64,000 nt of DNA from Antedon mediterranea (taxonomy: Eukaryota > Animalia > Echinodermata). The notes beneath the pieces were generated by a model. The model made no database searches, was not told the origin of the DNA, and saw only the letters and a program-made list of their open reading frames with translations. Below are positions 49,201-61,622 of the stretch, one piece after another. The translations under genes and the position numbers were made by a program. The DNA lies in assembly GCF_964355755.1 (NCBI RefSeq), contig NC_092678.1, forward strand, positions 21,531,365 to 21,595,364, written 5' to 3'. The first letter of the stretch is position 1, and each line of letters begins with the position of its first letter.

Positions 49201-52200
49201 TCTTAGTCGGTGTCGAGAAAAATAATTATTAAACATGTTTCTTGAAAATGTTTCAGATTATGTCAAGGTTACAGAGTTAAATTAGAAGTATTTAATCTTT
49301 ATATCAGGAGTTTTTTTTAAAACTGATTTCAACAATGCAACATAATGGTGAATGAAGCCATACCAGCATCATTTATTTTCGTAATACTGCTGCATACGTG
49401 TACGTTTATACAAGCTAAAAAACTAAAGGACGCCATTGTTTATGTAAGCTCCCCTCCCTAAGCCTTCCAACATCACAGAAGTCTCGTTCATGATGCATAC
49501 AGTACCCCTAAATAATAACATTAAGATTATTCTATATTTATAGCACCTAATGTTGTGAAACCTCTAAGCGCTGAACATTACCCTACTCATTTTTTGGATC
49601 AAACACATATGGAAACATACTCCCATAATGCAGCTAGTAATCAGTGCAAAGTTGTGTCTTGATCTAACCGTTGTTCCCATTTATACTGCCCATTTGCTAC
49701 AGTATGTTCGAAAGAATTCATAAAATTAATAAAACAACATTTTTTCGCATGATAAGTAAGCAATAATAACTGTTTTTCTTTAAAAAAAAATGCAGGAATG
49801 AAAAGGCAAGTGAAATCTGTGCTTTATCTCGTTGACTTTAAAATTTTACAATTTCAGTAAAGTTATACTGCGATAACTGTTTGATAGTATTTAGGTCAAA
49901 TTAAAATGATAGTATTAATTGGCAATCACTGTTAGTTGAGGTTTTATCTCGTAGAGAATCGTTGATGAGTGTCATTTAAGTATTAATTCATCAAAGACAC
50001 TGGCCCTAGACAAAGTTATCTTAAAGAGAGTACGTTTATCATATTAATTGATAACCAGAATGGTTTGTTTTGATTTGCCTTGTAAATTCTCTGTGGTTTG
50101 ATATCATGAGATGGCAGATCTGCAAGACATGTCAATCGGGATTTCTCATCTCTCTAATCAGCCGTTAGCGCCAACAGACGTCTTAACGTACAACTGGAGT
50201 TGTACTGACCTGGTATTTTCCAGCAGCTGGGGACGACCTTTGTGAAATGTCCATAGCACCTGATACGAAGAGATGGCAATCTCTACTTAACACTTGAATG
50301 AACAGATATACGCAAGCGTTTGATGATGTCACGAGTACGAATACTGTTTAAAGTTGTTATCATGTGACTTAAAGACGTCATGTTTTGACCCTGTTTGTTG
50401 GGGCTAGCCAAACTCAGCTGTTTGTTGAGCATCCCAGGAGAAATGATACGTTGGTATACCTTGTTACAGTCGTTCACTCTACTCATGTGAGATTTGATTC
50501 AATTAGCAACATATAATAAATTGTTAGTTATAAGCTCTCATATATTTATATTTCTCTGTCATCATTGTCGTCAATTGTAGGCTGCTATTTTTAGCGGCTA
50601 ATTTACCCCTGACTTTTACCGGTCAAAAATAGGTTCCTACGTCAATGAAAAATGATGATACTTTGTCTTGTGGTTTGCATTTCTTGCTGTGTTCATTTAC
50701 CCTGCCCTGGGATATTTTAGGTCCCTGGGATTTTCTAGGTCCCTGGAAATTTATGCAAGGTTACATTCCTAGATAATTTTTTTATAATTTGTTCTGATAA
50801 ATGTTAGTTTTATCTCTTCCTTTCATAAGGGATGATTTCAAAACTCTGCTGTAGTTACTTAAGAATTAAATCTTTTAGTGCAGTAATATCATTTTAGTTT
50901 GTTTCATTGTAGAAGTTAATGAACCATGAAAATAACACAGAAAAAAACTTGCTAAATAGTTGCATTAAGGCAAGTTAAAAAATAAACAAGATGTACTTCA
51001 CTGCATTAACTGCAGTAAAATAATTTTGAAGTGGTCCCTAATTATTCTTTAAAGATGATGTTACGATGATGTTATGTAGCGGTAAACAATACCGGTCCAT
51101 CACTTCTCGTACAAATAGGTTTCACAACAGCTTCTATCCAGCTGACATTCGGGAACTGCTGAATGCTAGTTGGGAAACCGTACAAGAGTGATGTGATGTT
51201 AGTTTTTTTGTTATTTATATCTGTATTTTGTGTCTCAGAGCAAACACAATTTCTATGTATATATGTTGTTTTACTGTATATGCAAATGACAATAAAACTT
51301 AAAAGGAAATGATGATTTCCACTAATGAATGAATGAATGAAGGAAATAATTTACAACATTTCCCAATACTCCCTCGCGAGGATTTGGCCGCAAGTTCACC
51401 CCAAATGTAGCAATAATTTGTACAATTGATTTAGGATATCCCCTGTCATTTAGTATCATCAGTCAGTTTGTGATATACCAAAGGTGAGAAAATGCGTTAT
51501 AATATATATACAGTACAATGTTTTTATACACATTTTAGTCATATTTATGTTTATAACGGTTTGATGAGAAGGGTGCAATTAATGATTCTTTCATTAGAGA
51601 GGAAAACCTACAATAGTAATAAAAAAATCCTTGATTTCTTTTTTAATAATCCATTTTTCATAATCTATCTTACATAATGGAATATGGAAATTATATTTAT
51701 TTAGTAACTTTAATTTAATAAAAAATATTTTTTGACTCTATAATAATTTTTTTGTTTTGTAATATCAGGATACTGAAAGAAAATGATTAATTATTGCAAT
51801 CTGTGCATAATGACAATGTGGTTTTCTGCCCTTGACAGATAATGGAAGAGTCTAGAGATAGGAAAAGTTCTGTGAACCTTGTGGAAAGATTCTTTTAGTG
51901 TTGTGTATGATATTGATGATAGTTGATAGATGAAAACCTACAGACGAAATAAACCTGTCAGACGTGGATATTGATATCCCTTACTACCCCATGATTCAGC
52001 AAATTTTTACCTTCTATAAAATATCAAGAAAACCACAACTTTTTTGATATTTCTATTAAACTCGCAAATTGAATTTACCGCAGTTTGTAAAACAGTTTGG
52101 ACATGAGAGTGTTATGAACTTTAAACTCACTTATGGTCAATAACAACAAATAGTGATTATAATAAGATAATGATGAACATAATAATACCTACAGTTCATG

Positions 52201-53505
52201 ATAAGTATAATCATAGGGTCTGACGATAGTGATTTTTTTTTGTCTGTGGATACGGTGGGTTCTATGCATAATGCTCTCCACTTGAGTTGTTTCTTTGGAC
52301 ATGGTAATCTTGTCTTATACCACCATGTATAGCAATTTAAAGTTTATTATTTATAATGCTTTCCTCTCAATCTTTTCCTTCCTTTTCTCTCTCCTTTCCC
52401 TTCCTCTTCCTCTCTCCTTTCCCATCCTCTTGCTCCTCCTTGAGGGATAAGAAACATTAATGAACACTATCCAAGGCAATATAACAACTGAAGCTGAGCT
52501 TTGGAGATCAAAGAGTTTATCTGTGGCTGCCACACGATCAGTTCCACACCCCTTAACAGACACTGCACGCCGCAGAGAATAAGTAGTACTGGTGGTATTT
52601 TATTGCAGCCAGACATAAGGACTTTTACAAGTTCCTATCTTGGCAGGACAAGCTATGTCCTTCAGAAAAGCTATAGCTTTTTTGATATAAGAATCTCCTG
52701 CAATTTGGCTTTCATTCAGTAATTAATACAAATTTAAATAAGCTTGTCATAACCAGATTGTGACCTAGGTTAAGTAGCATTTATTTTAATAATGACATTA
52801 AAAATTGGTGACACTATGTTGGTTTGACATGCTGTACATTTCTCATCTGCAGTGTTCCACACATTTTCTATGAAGTTCTATATGCATATTTTGGTAAATG
52901 ATATGATTTTTAACTCGAACAAAGTGGTTTTAATTGTCTTTAACTTGAGTTGTGTTCAGACTTGTTTTGATTCTGAACCGATATTTAGGAAATGTTTGAA
53001 TGTATATTCATGGGAATCGTTGACTTGGTTGAAAGGGAGGTGATGCCAAGTGTATTTAGGTTCAAAATATGTGAATGGGTAGGAAGGTTGCTTCCATAAA
53101 TATGGGATGTATTTTGTAATAATTAATACTAGAATACTTTCGTTTCTGTGACATTGTGATTGATTACTCTATCGTAAAGTACGTTATTATTTACGTTTAT
53201 GCTAATTTGTATTCACAAAGACAGGAACGACTTAATCTAACAGGAAGAAAAAATATCATCGGAAAAGGTTTCTCCATTTGAATACAATACAATGACTACA
53301 TTACTTATGCTTTTGTCCGTCGTCTTTCTTGCAGGTAAAAACAAAGCTACAGCATCCGACACGCTATCACGTACAAGAACGACAAAAGCAGCAAGTACAC
53401 CAATACTTGAATGCGCAGTCATCACCAGGGTTTCTTCAACAGCTATCGCCCAATCGGAATGGTTCGCAATCGAGCATGCCGAACAGTCCGATGTCAGGCA
53501 CTGAT
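25083..53505 (+). CDS. MITF: MiT/TFE family transcription factor (MITF-like), 5' exons only; bHLH-LZ exons lie downstream of the window
   Basis: Exons 25083-25243 (MTESGVDLGFD...FCELKS; compare MITF-A MQSESGIV...YYELKS), 37639-37852 (MTSRVLFKQELMRQQ...VPKDVLV; compare MTSRILLRQQLMREQ...VPMEVLK) and 53335-53505 (VKTKLQHPTRYHVQERQKQQVHQYL...SSMPNSPM; compare VQTHLENPTKYHIQQ...SAPNSPM). Splice phases 2 and 0 are compatible. Confidence 0.92.
27732..27985. repeat. Three ~90-100-bp tandem units
   Basis: GTTTAAGGTGTGGGTGTTTAA.CA..GCT.AAAGT.CTAG at about 27732, 27822 and 27921. Confidence 0.8.
28866..28973. mobile_element. MITE, AGCTCTG...CAGAGCT family (Harbinger/Tourist-like, TAA/TTA flanks)
   Basis: GTCTACACTATCAAACT ... 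GTTTGATAGTGTAGACAGAGCT|TTA. Confidence 0.75.
29600..30225. mobile_element. Non-autonomous Kolobok-type DNA transposon (626 bp)
   Basis: TTAA target duplications at 29596-29599 and 30226-30229. Perfect 15-bp TIRs AGACACCTTCCCTAC / GTAGGGAAGGTGTCT with RR...YY termini, a Kolobok rather than piggyBac signature. Confidence 0.8.
32645..32882. mobile_element. MITE, AGCTCTG...CAGAGCT family
   Basis: TAA|AGCTCTGTCTACACTACCAAATTAGTTTGACAAAA ... TTTGTCAAACTAGTTTGATAG; right end decayed. Confidence 0.7.
32987..33058. repeat. 24-bp tandem repeat (TGCAGTATGTAATATGTAATGCCC), about 3 copies
   Basis: Read directly from the sequence. Confidence 0.8.
33593..33681. mobile_element. Small Tc1/mariner-like MITE (TA|CAGT...ACTG|TA)
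   Basis: Internal CCCCTAT.AAGGGGACACC / CCTTAATAGGGG motifs are shared with 61405-61622 and with fragments near 4755-4800, 56360-56430 and 47070. Confidence 0.5.
35723..35795 (+). mobile_element. LINE/SINE 3'-tail fragment (stem-loop plus A-rich tail)
   Basis: GAGGGCCCC...CAGCTTATGCTG...TTACCCTCACTAAATAAGGTTTAATAAAAAAA, similar to the tail of the SINE at 19115. Confidence 0.45.
36305..36879. promoter_or_regulatory. GATA-site cluster with RUNX site (candidate MITF enhancer)
   Basis: 12 WGATAR matches at 36305, 36348, 36398, 36441, 36503, 36535, 36600, 36669, 36684, 36822, 36833 and 36874. TGTGGTTT at 36748. Confidence 0.55.
37217..37268. mobile_element. Internally deleted MITE, AGCTCTG...CAGAGCT family
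   Basis: TAA|AGCTCTGTCT ... AGTTTGATAGTGCAGACAGAGCT|TTA. Confidence 0.6.
37639..37852 (+). CDS. MITF: MITF-like exon 1B (Q-rich, Rag-binding N-terminal region)
   Basis: TTTAG|T CCT ... CTT GTG|GTAAGT, encoding MTSRVLFKQELMRQQVAQQE. Confidence 0.9.
37885..38190. repeat. Degenerate ~21-bp tandem repeat (GATGGGCTAGTCTGTTCTGA-like)
   Basis: More than 10 decayed copies just downstream of exon 1B. Confidence 0.6.
40138..40305 (+). promoter_or_regulatory. Putative internal promoter of the alternative MITF first exon
   Basis: ATTGG (40138), SOX-like ACAATG (40183), CCAAT (40226), CRE-like TGACGTCG (40246-40253) with a second CGTCA half-site (40255-40259), and TATA-like CTTAAAA (about 40297). Confidence 0.55.
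40458..40586 (+). CDS. MITF: Candidate alternative first coding exon of the MITF-like gene (exon 1M-like)
   Basis: AAAATGG Kozak context. 43 codons MVDCAYYNHGGHNFGAPFYHQQQYYYQQQANQNQYGYCQQYRP end at the donor CCG|GTAAGC in phase 0, in frame with exon 53335. GC-richer coding-like island in very AT-rich intron. Confidence 0.7.
42252..42320 (+). mobile_element. Degenerate tRNA-like SINE head
   Basis: GCTTGGTGGTATAA ... GGTTCGAATCCCACT; no intact cloverleaf seen. Confidence 0.4.
43055..43480. repeat. C/T-rich low-complexity tract (purine/G-rich on the - strand)
   Basis: About 420 bp dominated by CCC/TTC/ACC runs. The overlapping ORFs are low-complexity artefacts. Confidence 0.8.
44957..45045. 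repeat. 15-bp minisatellite (GATGCTCATGATRWA), about 6 copies
   Basis: Read directly; it produces the spurious DAHDK and MSIFI ORFs. Confidence 0.9.
47027..47555. repeat. Diverged ~290-bp tandem duplication
   Basis: AAATCTTTTAAAATAACCACATTAAAATA...TTTAATAGAGGCCTTA at about 47027 and 47315. Both units end in AAAATAAAATCATAAAG..AAAGTTTAGC. Confidence 0.8.
49527..49686 (-). mobile_element. SINE fragment with L2-like 3' tail
   Basis: On the - strand it ends AGCGCTTAGAG...AGGTGCTATAAATATAGAATAAT, resembling L2-derived SINE tails. Confidence 0.4.
51078..51297 (+). mobile_element. 3' end fragment of a Rex1/Babar-type LINE
   Basis: Translates to SGKQYRSITSRTNRFHNSFYPADIRELLN, matching the characteristic Rex1/Babar ORF C-terminus (SGRRYRS..T.RF.NSF.P.AIRLLN). 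Followed by a 3' UTR ending AATAAA. Confidence 0.7.
53335..53505 (+). CDS. MITF: MITF-like exon 2 (includes the PNSPM phosphosite motif equivalent to MITF S73/TFEB S142)
   Basis: TTTCTTGCAG|GTA AAA ACA ... ACT GAT|GTAAGT, 57 codons. Confidence 0.92.
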
Positions 53506-56500
53506 GTAAGTTGATTGTTTAACTTTTTTTTACAATAAACTAATAGAAAGTGATGGGAGTTTTGCATTTCTGATTTCCCTGCCTGAAATTCTTGGAACTT
53601 TCCCATTTGTAAAGTAAGACAGATGATCGACACATTTATTTATGTAAAAAAAGTCACATTAAAGTAGTTTGATATACAGTAAAGATCTGATTCCAATGAA
53701 GGACCATCAGATTCTTATCGGTTCGTTGTTTAATTTCATCTATGCTATACTGAGTAATGACACAAAATAGACATTCAGCACTGTAAACACAATACCACCT
53801 GTCAAATTATGGCAACCTTTCCACGCTTATATTATAATGTATGTGAATATTTTAATATGCTTTGTACATGGCATGTTAAAGTAAAGCAACTCGTCCAAAG
53901 TGACTAGTTCAAATCTAGTTAAATTTTACACTACAATCAGGAGTATCTCAGACTATTTACAGTACCTGTTGTTTTGTTTCGTACAAATCCAATGTCCAAT
54001 ACTATTAGAGATTGTTTATCAGTCGATATTTAATTGATTAAATCCTAAATTTCTTTCATTTATGTGCCGGTAAGTCGTTTAGGATGTCTGCGTATGTTAT
54101 TTTTGTCTGCAGTAGATCAAACAGATTAGCTTCCGCCGCAAGGGAAAAGATTTCAAGGGAAACAGGGGTTATGTGGGTGTGTGTCAGGAATTGGGGGAAA
54201 CTGAAGGTGTTCAGTCTTAAATATAGATTTATTTAATTTTGTATTTAATAAGATGGTATCTTTTCATAGGAAGTAATACAATTTATTAATATGGTATTTA
54301 TTATTAATTATGTAATAATTTCACTTGTCATACTTTGATTTGTTTACATTTTATTGTCGGAAGTGCAAGATTTATTCACAAATCAATAACATTAACTTAA
54401 TTTTCACGTCTAAAAGAAAAAAATATTTGAATCAGAGTGAAAATATTATACTGTGTGTGTTATGGAAACACCTAATCAATTAGAAACTATTGATCAAAAC
54501 TGATTATTAACAATTAACTATATAGTACACTATACTTATTGAAGATGATAAATATATTAATTTCCGATTTCTCTGTGTTGAAGGTCTTAACATAAAGCAG
54601 AGATTTTATTCTTATTAGGTCGCATGTGATCACAAAGAAATGTTAGCCCCCGCCTTCAGCCACCTGGGATTTCAACAATTTCCCCTCCGCACAACTGTCA
54701 TCAAGATTGTTGCATTTGTTATTTTATTTTTAACCCTGCCTTATCAGTACGATCTCCAATTTAAATCCGTCAAAATCATCCTGTTAAAGACTTTCCGCGG
54801 TTTTCCTTCCTGGGTCAACGGAGAATTGGGTCCCTTTGGAAAATTTCACTGACATGCTGTTGGTATGACAACCGTAGTTTGAAATGTATATCGGGAAACC
54901 GGAAAATATCCAGACGAAACGGTTTATGTCAAAATGTTTAATTTATATTTTGTCATGTGTCAATTTTGAAACATTTTATACAAATGTACATCTGGGTTTT
55001 GTTGGATCTATATTAATATAATAGTTATCTTCTCATCCCATGAGTAAATTATATTTTCTAAAGAAAATTTGTATCGAAGAAAATACAGTTGTCTACCAAG
55101 TTAATTAGTGATAATGCTGTAGTACTTTGAATTCCGTCAGGAAATCTGTAGTTTACTACAAGACTTCTGTACATTGTCTTGTAGAAGATAGGCTTTCCAA
55201 CTTATACAGAAAACAGAATCTATTGGTTCATATGAATTTCACTTTGTACTGTATGTTGACAAGAATCTGAAAAACTATATATAACTGAAATAATTAATAA
55301 CCGATCGTTTATAAATATTATAAATTTATAAAAATGTAATTATAATTATTTGATAAATGTACTTCAAGAATGGCAAAAATTACGTATTTAATGACAGATT
55401 TTTTTAAATTATCATGGTCTCCTCTTGAAGGGTGCAACATTGATTGCTAGTTTGAATCTTGATTCGTACCCATTGATTGGTGAAGATGTAGTGCCCATCG
55501 CCCGACAATACGGGATATACCGTACACCATCACTGATTTTAAAATGTCACGCTTTTTCTGTTTGGCCCTTGTGGGTTATTTTATCTTAGAGACGCAAAAT
55601 AATCATAGAAGGAAATTTTTAAACCTAAACAAATGTATTTGTCTCTCATTAGGATACCGTTTCTTTCGTACCAAGTAATTTGTTTTTACTTTCGTAGACA
55701 AGAATTAAATTTAATTTCTGAATTTCACAAATATAGAAATCAAATTATGATATGTTTGGTTGTCTACATTATGCATGTCAACAGGAAGTAGTTGATATGA
55801 AACTGAAAGTGGAATATGGATACGCTGACCCCGATTTATATTTTAATTCCTGTTTTTTAGGTATTAATCAATTAAATTGTTGCGTTATTTTGTTTACTTA
55901 AAATCAATGATGCATGATACACATCCTTTGTTGGACTTCCCCAGAAGTGTTATACTTCCGTCATCTGATGAATCTCGGACAACCTGATGAAATGGCCATG
56001 TGATGAGGGCACATGTCTTCAGGTTGTTCCATAATTAAATGAAATATGAAAAAACATGAACTGCAATATCTACTCCAAAGGATTTGGCTCAGTTTTGTTG
56101 ATTAAATAAATCTCACTTTATAGTGAAAATGACATTTAATTAATGAATACTTTAAAATATAAATTTTAAAGGTAAAACAACTTTCAGAATGTGAGCTATA
56201 TAGAATTTTACTGGGAGGATTTAAAATGAAGAACAATGTATTGTAAACTTGTCCATACATACTGTTTATTAAATTTTCAACATTGAAATAAACTAAGCTC
56301 ACATGTTATTGCAGTAAAAAAAACTGCAGTTGAATAATGATACCTTGTTATTATTAAAATACAGACTTTAGAACCTATCCTTTGGGACACTCCTGTTTGG
56401 GGGACATCCTTAATCGGGGACACTCTCCCATAAAGCAAATGAAAGGATATACAGTATGTTTATTAACAATGCAGCCAACTTTAAACAGAGATTAAGAGGA

Positions 56501-57221
56501 CACTCCTTAAAATAAAGTTGGTTTTAGTGTATTTTAAAAATTGAAAACAATTTGATATTGTATTGCTCGTTTTTAATCTTTCATTATATAATATTAAAGA
56601 TGACTGTATAATTTAATATTTACACATAAATAACTTTAAAAATTTTATTAGTTTCACTTAAGTAAAACATACAAAGAATTTAGTCTTATGATGTTGACTG
56701 GAATTCTGATTTTGTATCATTTGATTTCGAGTAATTCTATAATTACCATTAGATTGCACAATTTCAAAAACTAAAGTTTGATTTCGGCTTGGTAATCCCA
56801 AGGCAGCGCCAGTACTAGTGAATCCTTCGTAGAGTATTATTAGAGCGACTTCACTAACTCACTCACTCGGCTTGTTCTAATTTGAGTTGATCTCTTACGT
56901 GGGTGGGTTGGAACTGTCCAAGTTTTATGACGTAAATTCAATCTTAACAACTGACAGCTTGGGATACCCTTAGACAAATGTGTGTTCTCTTGCGAAAGCA
57001 AATATATAATGTGTAGTTAGTCATAATCATATTGGTTATATTGGCTCCATATGATTTCAATTTTATGTACTTTTACCAGCGTATAAGCCCTCTCTTAAGA
57101 ATTAAAAACATTTTTTTTTATGTGAAATTTACTAATCATTTAAAGTACAGTAGGTGTGTCTCTAACTAATTTTTAAGTATTCATTTTCCATGTACTGTAC
57201 TGTACCCAGCTCGCTCCTAAA

Positions 57222-57296
57222 TACGGTCAACTCTCCCAATACCCAGATCAAAGAGTTTCTTGTTTTCAGAGTCTTGTATTGAGAGAGTTGACTGTT
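57222..57296. mobile_element. Tiny MITE-like inverted-repeat element
   Basis: TACGGTCAACTCTCCCAATAC / GTATTGAGAGAGTTGACTGT. Confidence 0.55.
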
Positions 57297-57584
57297 TAAG
57301 AATTTAGAATATAACCATCATGTCTCCAATGAGGGACCGCTTTTGATTTTAATATGTTTTTTAAATGCAAGGATAACATGTCTGATTCCAGATATCAACC
57401 TTGGGACAGGATATTAAATTTAATCGATTGATTAAAAAATTTAAAAGGTTTATTTGTCTGCGTAATAAATACTCCAGTAGACAAGTGGATAAATAGTTAA
57501 CAATTAATGTTTGACAAGTGATAGCAATATAGTGTCTATATAAATCACACAGAAAATAATACAAAGCAATATGTATAATATTAT

Positions 57585-57885
57585 ACAAATAATGAATGTT
57601 TATGAGTGCAATGGTACAAATAATGGCACGAGGTGAATGATGAAAGGTTATATCAACGAGGCAAAGCCGAGTTGATATAACCTTTCATCATTCACCAAGT
57701 GCCATTATTTGTACCATTACACGAATACAAAACATTCATTATTTGTTTTATATAACATCTAAATAAATTCTAGTTATGTTTCAAAAAGTACTATTTAACG
57801 ATTGTTGAATAGTGCGTACTATTGCACGCCATGTGACCCACATTCGTCCAATCAAATGACAGGAATTTATATAGGTATTATATAA
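57585..57885. repeat. Long palindrome (57585-57746) with a central GAGGCAAAGCCGAG motif, probably a non-autonomous repeat
   Basis: Arms of about 73 bp with few mismatches. A further TTATATAA..TTATATAA inverted pair spans 57748-57885. Confidence 0.75.
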
Positions 57886-57949
57886 AGACGAATATTTGAT
57901 GATATCAATAGAATATTCAGCTGTCTACCATACAGTACTAATTTTTTCA

Positions 57950-58178
57950 GAATTTAGCCTAATCTAGGAGGTTTAATTATACTCAAATTTAGCTAGGGGT
58001 TCAGTTATTAGCTTAATCTAGGGGGTTCATTTATACTTGAATTTAGCCTAATCCAAGGGGTACATTTATACTTAAATTTAGCCTAATCTAGGGGTTCAAT
58101 TATACTTGAATTTAGCCTAATCTAGAGGGTTCAATTATACTCAAATTTAGCCTAATCTAGGGGGTTCATTTATACTTT
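57950..58178. repeat. ~39-bp minisatellite, block 1 (AATTTAGCCTAATCTAGGGGGTTCAATTATACTCA)
   Basis: About 6 copies. Confidence 0.9.
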
Positions 58179-58532
58179 AGCATGGGACAATACCTGCTTA
58201 TAACATGGTAATTTGATAGAAAATTTATAGTTGTCATTAAAATATTACTACAGGTAATGAAGATATCAATAGATGAACTATCACGTTGCACTTGGCAACT
58301 GAGGGCACCTGTCATTAACAGCAGTTAGTTTAATTTTAGAATAACTCGTTGAAACCGTCATAATATTCAAACATGTTCCTGTCTCGTGGGGTTAGGGAAA
58401 TCACTCTGATCAAGATCATTATCTTGATAAATTGTGCGCGATGAACGCTCAATTTGTTGTGTCTTGCCAACAAAAACACATCTGACAAATCTTGTATTAT
58501 TTAATACAATGATACATTTCATATAACCATGA

Positions 58533-58787
58533 TTCAATTATACTCAAATTTAGCATAACCTAGGTGGTTCAATTATACCCAAATTTAGCATAACCTAGGT
58601 GGTTCAATTATACCCAAATTTAGCATAACCTAGGTGGTTCAATTATACCCAAATTTAGCCTAATCTAGGGGGTTTAATTATACTCAAATTTAGCATAACC
58701 TAGGTGGTTCAATTATACCCAAATTTAGCCTAATCTAGGGGGTTTAATTATACTCAAATTTAGCCTAACCTAGGGGGTTCAATTATA
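58533..58787. repeat. 35-bp minisatellite, block 2 (same family as block 1)
   Basis: About 7 copies of AAATTTAGCATAACCTAGGTGGTTCAATTATACCC and variants. Confidence 0.9.
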
Positions 58788-59203
58788 ACCGTGGTTACAT
58801 TTCTGTTCCTATTAGTAAAATAATTGGGATTTTATTTTAAAACAAAGTTTGTCAGTGGTACTCAACAGTGGGCCCTCTATAGTTTTTAACCATTGTTGTA
58901 GTTTTTATTTCATTTTTTACAAATATTATTGAATTTAATAATAAATAATATTCTAAAAAATGATCGTAAACTTAAGTTATTATGCAATAAAAGCGACGAA
59001 AAAAGACAAAATTTTGAGATGTTTGATTTCAACAATTATCAAAATTATTTAATGTGATCTCCTTGCAGTTTTCATTCAGTTTAATTATAAAATAAGAGAA
59101 ATAAGTCTCTCACAATACCAAAGCGGACTATCTGAAATACCCAAAACTTCCCGAAAACCAGACTTTTTTTAATACTATCAGTTAGAAACACTTCTTCACC
59201 TAA

Positions 59204-59337
59204 AACTCTGTTTACACTATCAAACTAGATGACAATAAAGTGTGATTTGCCTAAATATGTTCGTGATATTACATCATCATGTCTATGAGCACATCACATT
59301 TTCTTTTCACATAAAGTTTGATAGTGTAGACAGAGCT
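59204..59337. mobile_element. MITE, AGCTCTG...CAGAGCT family (near complete)
   Basis: TAA|AACTCTGTTTACACTATCAAACT ... AGTTTGATAGTGTAGACAGAGCT|TTA. Confidence 0.75.
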
Positions 59338-61404
59338 TTAAACCACCCAAATATCAGATATTGGGAGAATTTGGTTGAATAAAGGAACTAAAATTCAGTA
59401 GCCATAATGTGTGTACAATTGTATGACCTGTTAAAACATTTTAAACAGGTACTGTATTTCATAGGCCTTATCATAAACAAAGCTTAATCAAAGAACAATA
59501 ATGGTGGATTAAATCTGTAAGAATATTTACCAAATAAACAGGTAATCAATATTTGCCAATAATAAGGCCTTGGTGTTACAAACAATAGAAGCACAACTAC
59601 CTAGCGGTCAGTTTGTGGTCTGAGAATTTAGTTGACCAATCAGAGAAAATTTGATTTGATTAATAGTTAGTTGAAGCAGTATGTAATTAGTGATATATTG
59701 TGCTGTACTGAATGGTGTGGTAAGTACTGAGTCTAAAATGTATAGTTTTATTATGGAGCTATATAGGGCCTACTAGTAGCTTCATGTGTGTAGGATTTTG
59801 TGTTATGAATGTTTGGTTAAATGGTAGTTTTTATGCTTGGTCTTTTAGCATAAACTTGCGGTTATCTTATCTACCAAAAATGCTGGCTGCAGGCTTGGAC
59901 AAATAATTTGGAAGTAAACAAAACATTGACCAATAAAACAAAATCTTTTTAATAGATCATTAATTAATAATTCTTGTTTATCATTTATAAATAGTTTATT
60001 TATGATGAGTTATTTCTCCAAAAAAATCAGTACTGTTTTAAAACACAGTCAATTCTTTCTATACTTTTATTATTTTAAATACAGTACTTTATTTAATTTT
60101 AATATTTGTTTTAAGCGAGGAGTACAGTATGCCCTATTCCACAGGTTTTCATGCCTTAATATGTAGTTGAAAGTGCTGGTTTGTTTGTTAATAACCAAGG
60201 CATGTTTGCTTTATCCCACGTAGTACGTTATATTAGTTGGTGGGTCTGTTCCATCTACCATCAGTAATTTAATATGTAAATGATGTAAAAACGCTGGTTG
60301 AATATTTTGCATATGTCTGTTATATTATATTTATTTATTTCTTAACTACACATGGTGTATTTTTCTGCCGATTTAGTTACATAAAAACTGTTTTAACAAA
60401 CGTAAGGATTAAAATCAAAATTGTGAGTATGATTAAGACAATTATTTTGTGTTTTATTAATTAAGGAGTAATTTGATTTTGATGTGTTAAAATTGGCTCA
60501 GTGGAATCTGGTTAATAGTATTACTGTAGTGTGTGTATTAAAGGAAGCATAGATAATTAAAATATACTGTGTTATGTAACTTATTCATACAATTTCATAT
60601 GTATTCAGTGAATTTCATGAAGCCAGTTTTACCAGCAAGATTAACAGGAATAAATGGCTTCCATTCCAATCTTAATAAAAATGGTGTTAGAAAATATAAC
60701 ATACTAAATAAAAACTTCTCTAGGCCTAGACATTAAAAACACAGACCAAGAGCAATCAAAGGCTGTATTTTGTCAATTTATAATATCAATATATTTGACA
60801 TTTTTGTTGGAAACTACAACATAAAATAAACACTAGTAGTTGAATGCTAGGCCTAGTCAATTAGATAAAGTATAATATATTTTTACAATTTTTGTATTTA
60901 ATGTACAGTAGATATCTTTATAAATGGTAGAATATTTTTTTTTAATACAATATAATTAATATGAAGGATACAAAATGTTGATGCTAATATGTTATCAGTA
61001 TAAGTTGATAATAAAACAATTCCATTATCTATGTTATGATGTTACTGCAGTATAATGCTTTTTGATATTCATTTCTGCAGTAATGCAATTTTAATAATTT
61101 ATATTTAAGGATTTATATTTCTTACTTCAATTTCCTAAGCCATACAGTTTACTTTTAATATAAATTATTGAAATTCTTTGACGAACTAAAATATTTTCAT
61201 ACTTATGGCGTGACAAGAACATGATGAAAATATCGGAAAATATGGTATTTTTATTTGAAATTTTCATCAAAAGGAATTTTGAATAAATTAATCTAATTTC
61301 GTTGGAAATATTTTAAAGAATTTTCATCAACCTGCAAATGATGAATTATGAATTTTTAAAGTACATTTTTATCATTGTATTAAAAATATATTATGTTTTT
61401 ATTA

Positions 61405-61622
61405 CAGTATAACTCCTTCTTTGAGACACCCCCATTAAGGGGCCACTTTCCTTTGAAACCAATGAGTGGCAAACGCTATGGCTGACCCCTATTAAGGGGC
61501 CACTTTCCTTTGAAACCAATGAGTGGCAAACGCTATGGCTGACCCCTATTAAGGGGACAAAATTCAGAGGACACTCTGTTGGGTCCCAAAGGTGCCTCCT
61601 CAATAGAGGTTATATATTACTG
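61405..61622. mobile_element. Tc1/mariner-like MITE with an internal ~56-bp tandem duplication
   Basis: TA|CAGT...ACTG|TA ends. The internal ATTAAGGGGCCACTTTCCTTTGAAACCAATGAGTGGCAAACGCTATGGCTGACCCCT occurs twice. Confidence 0.6.
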
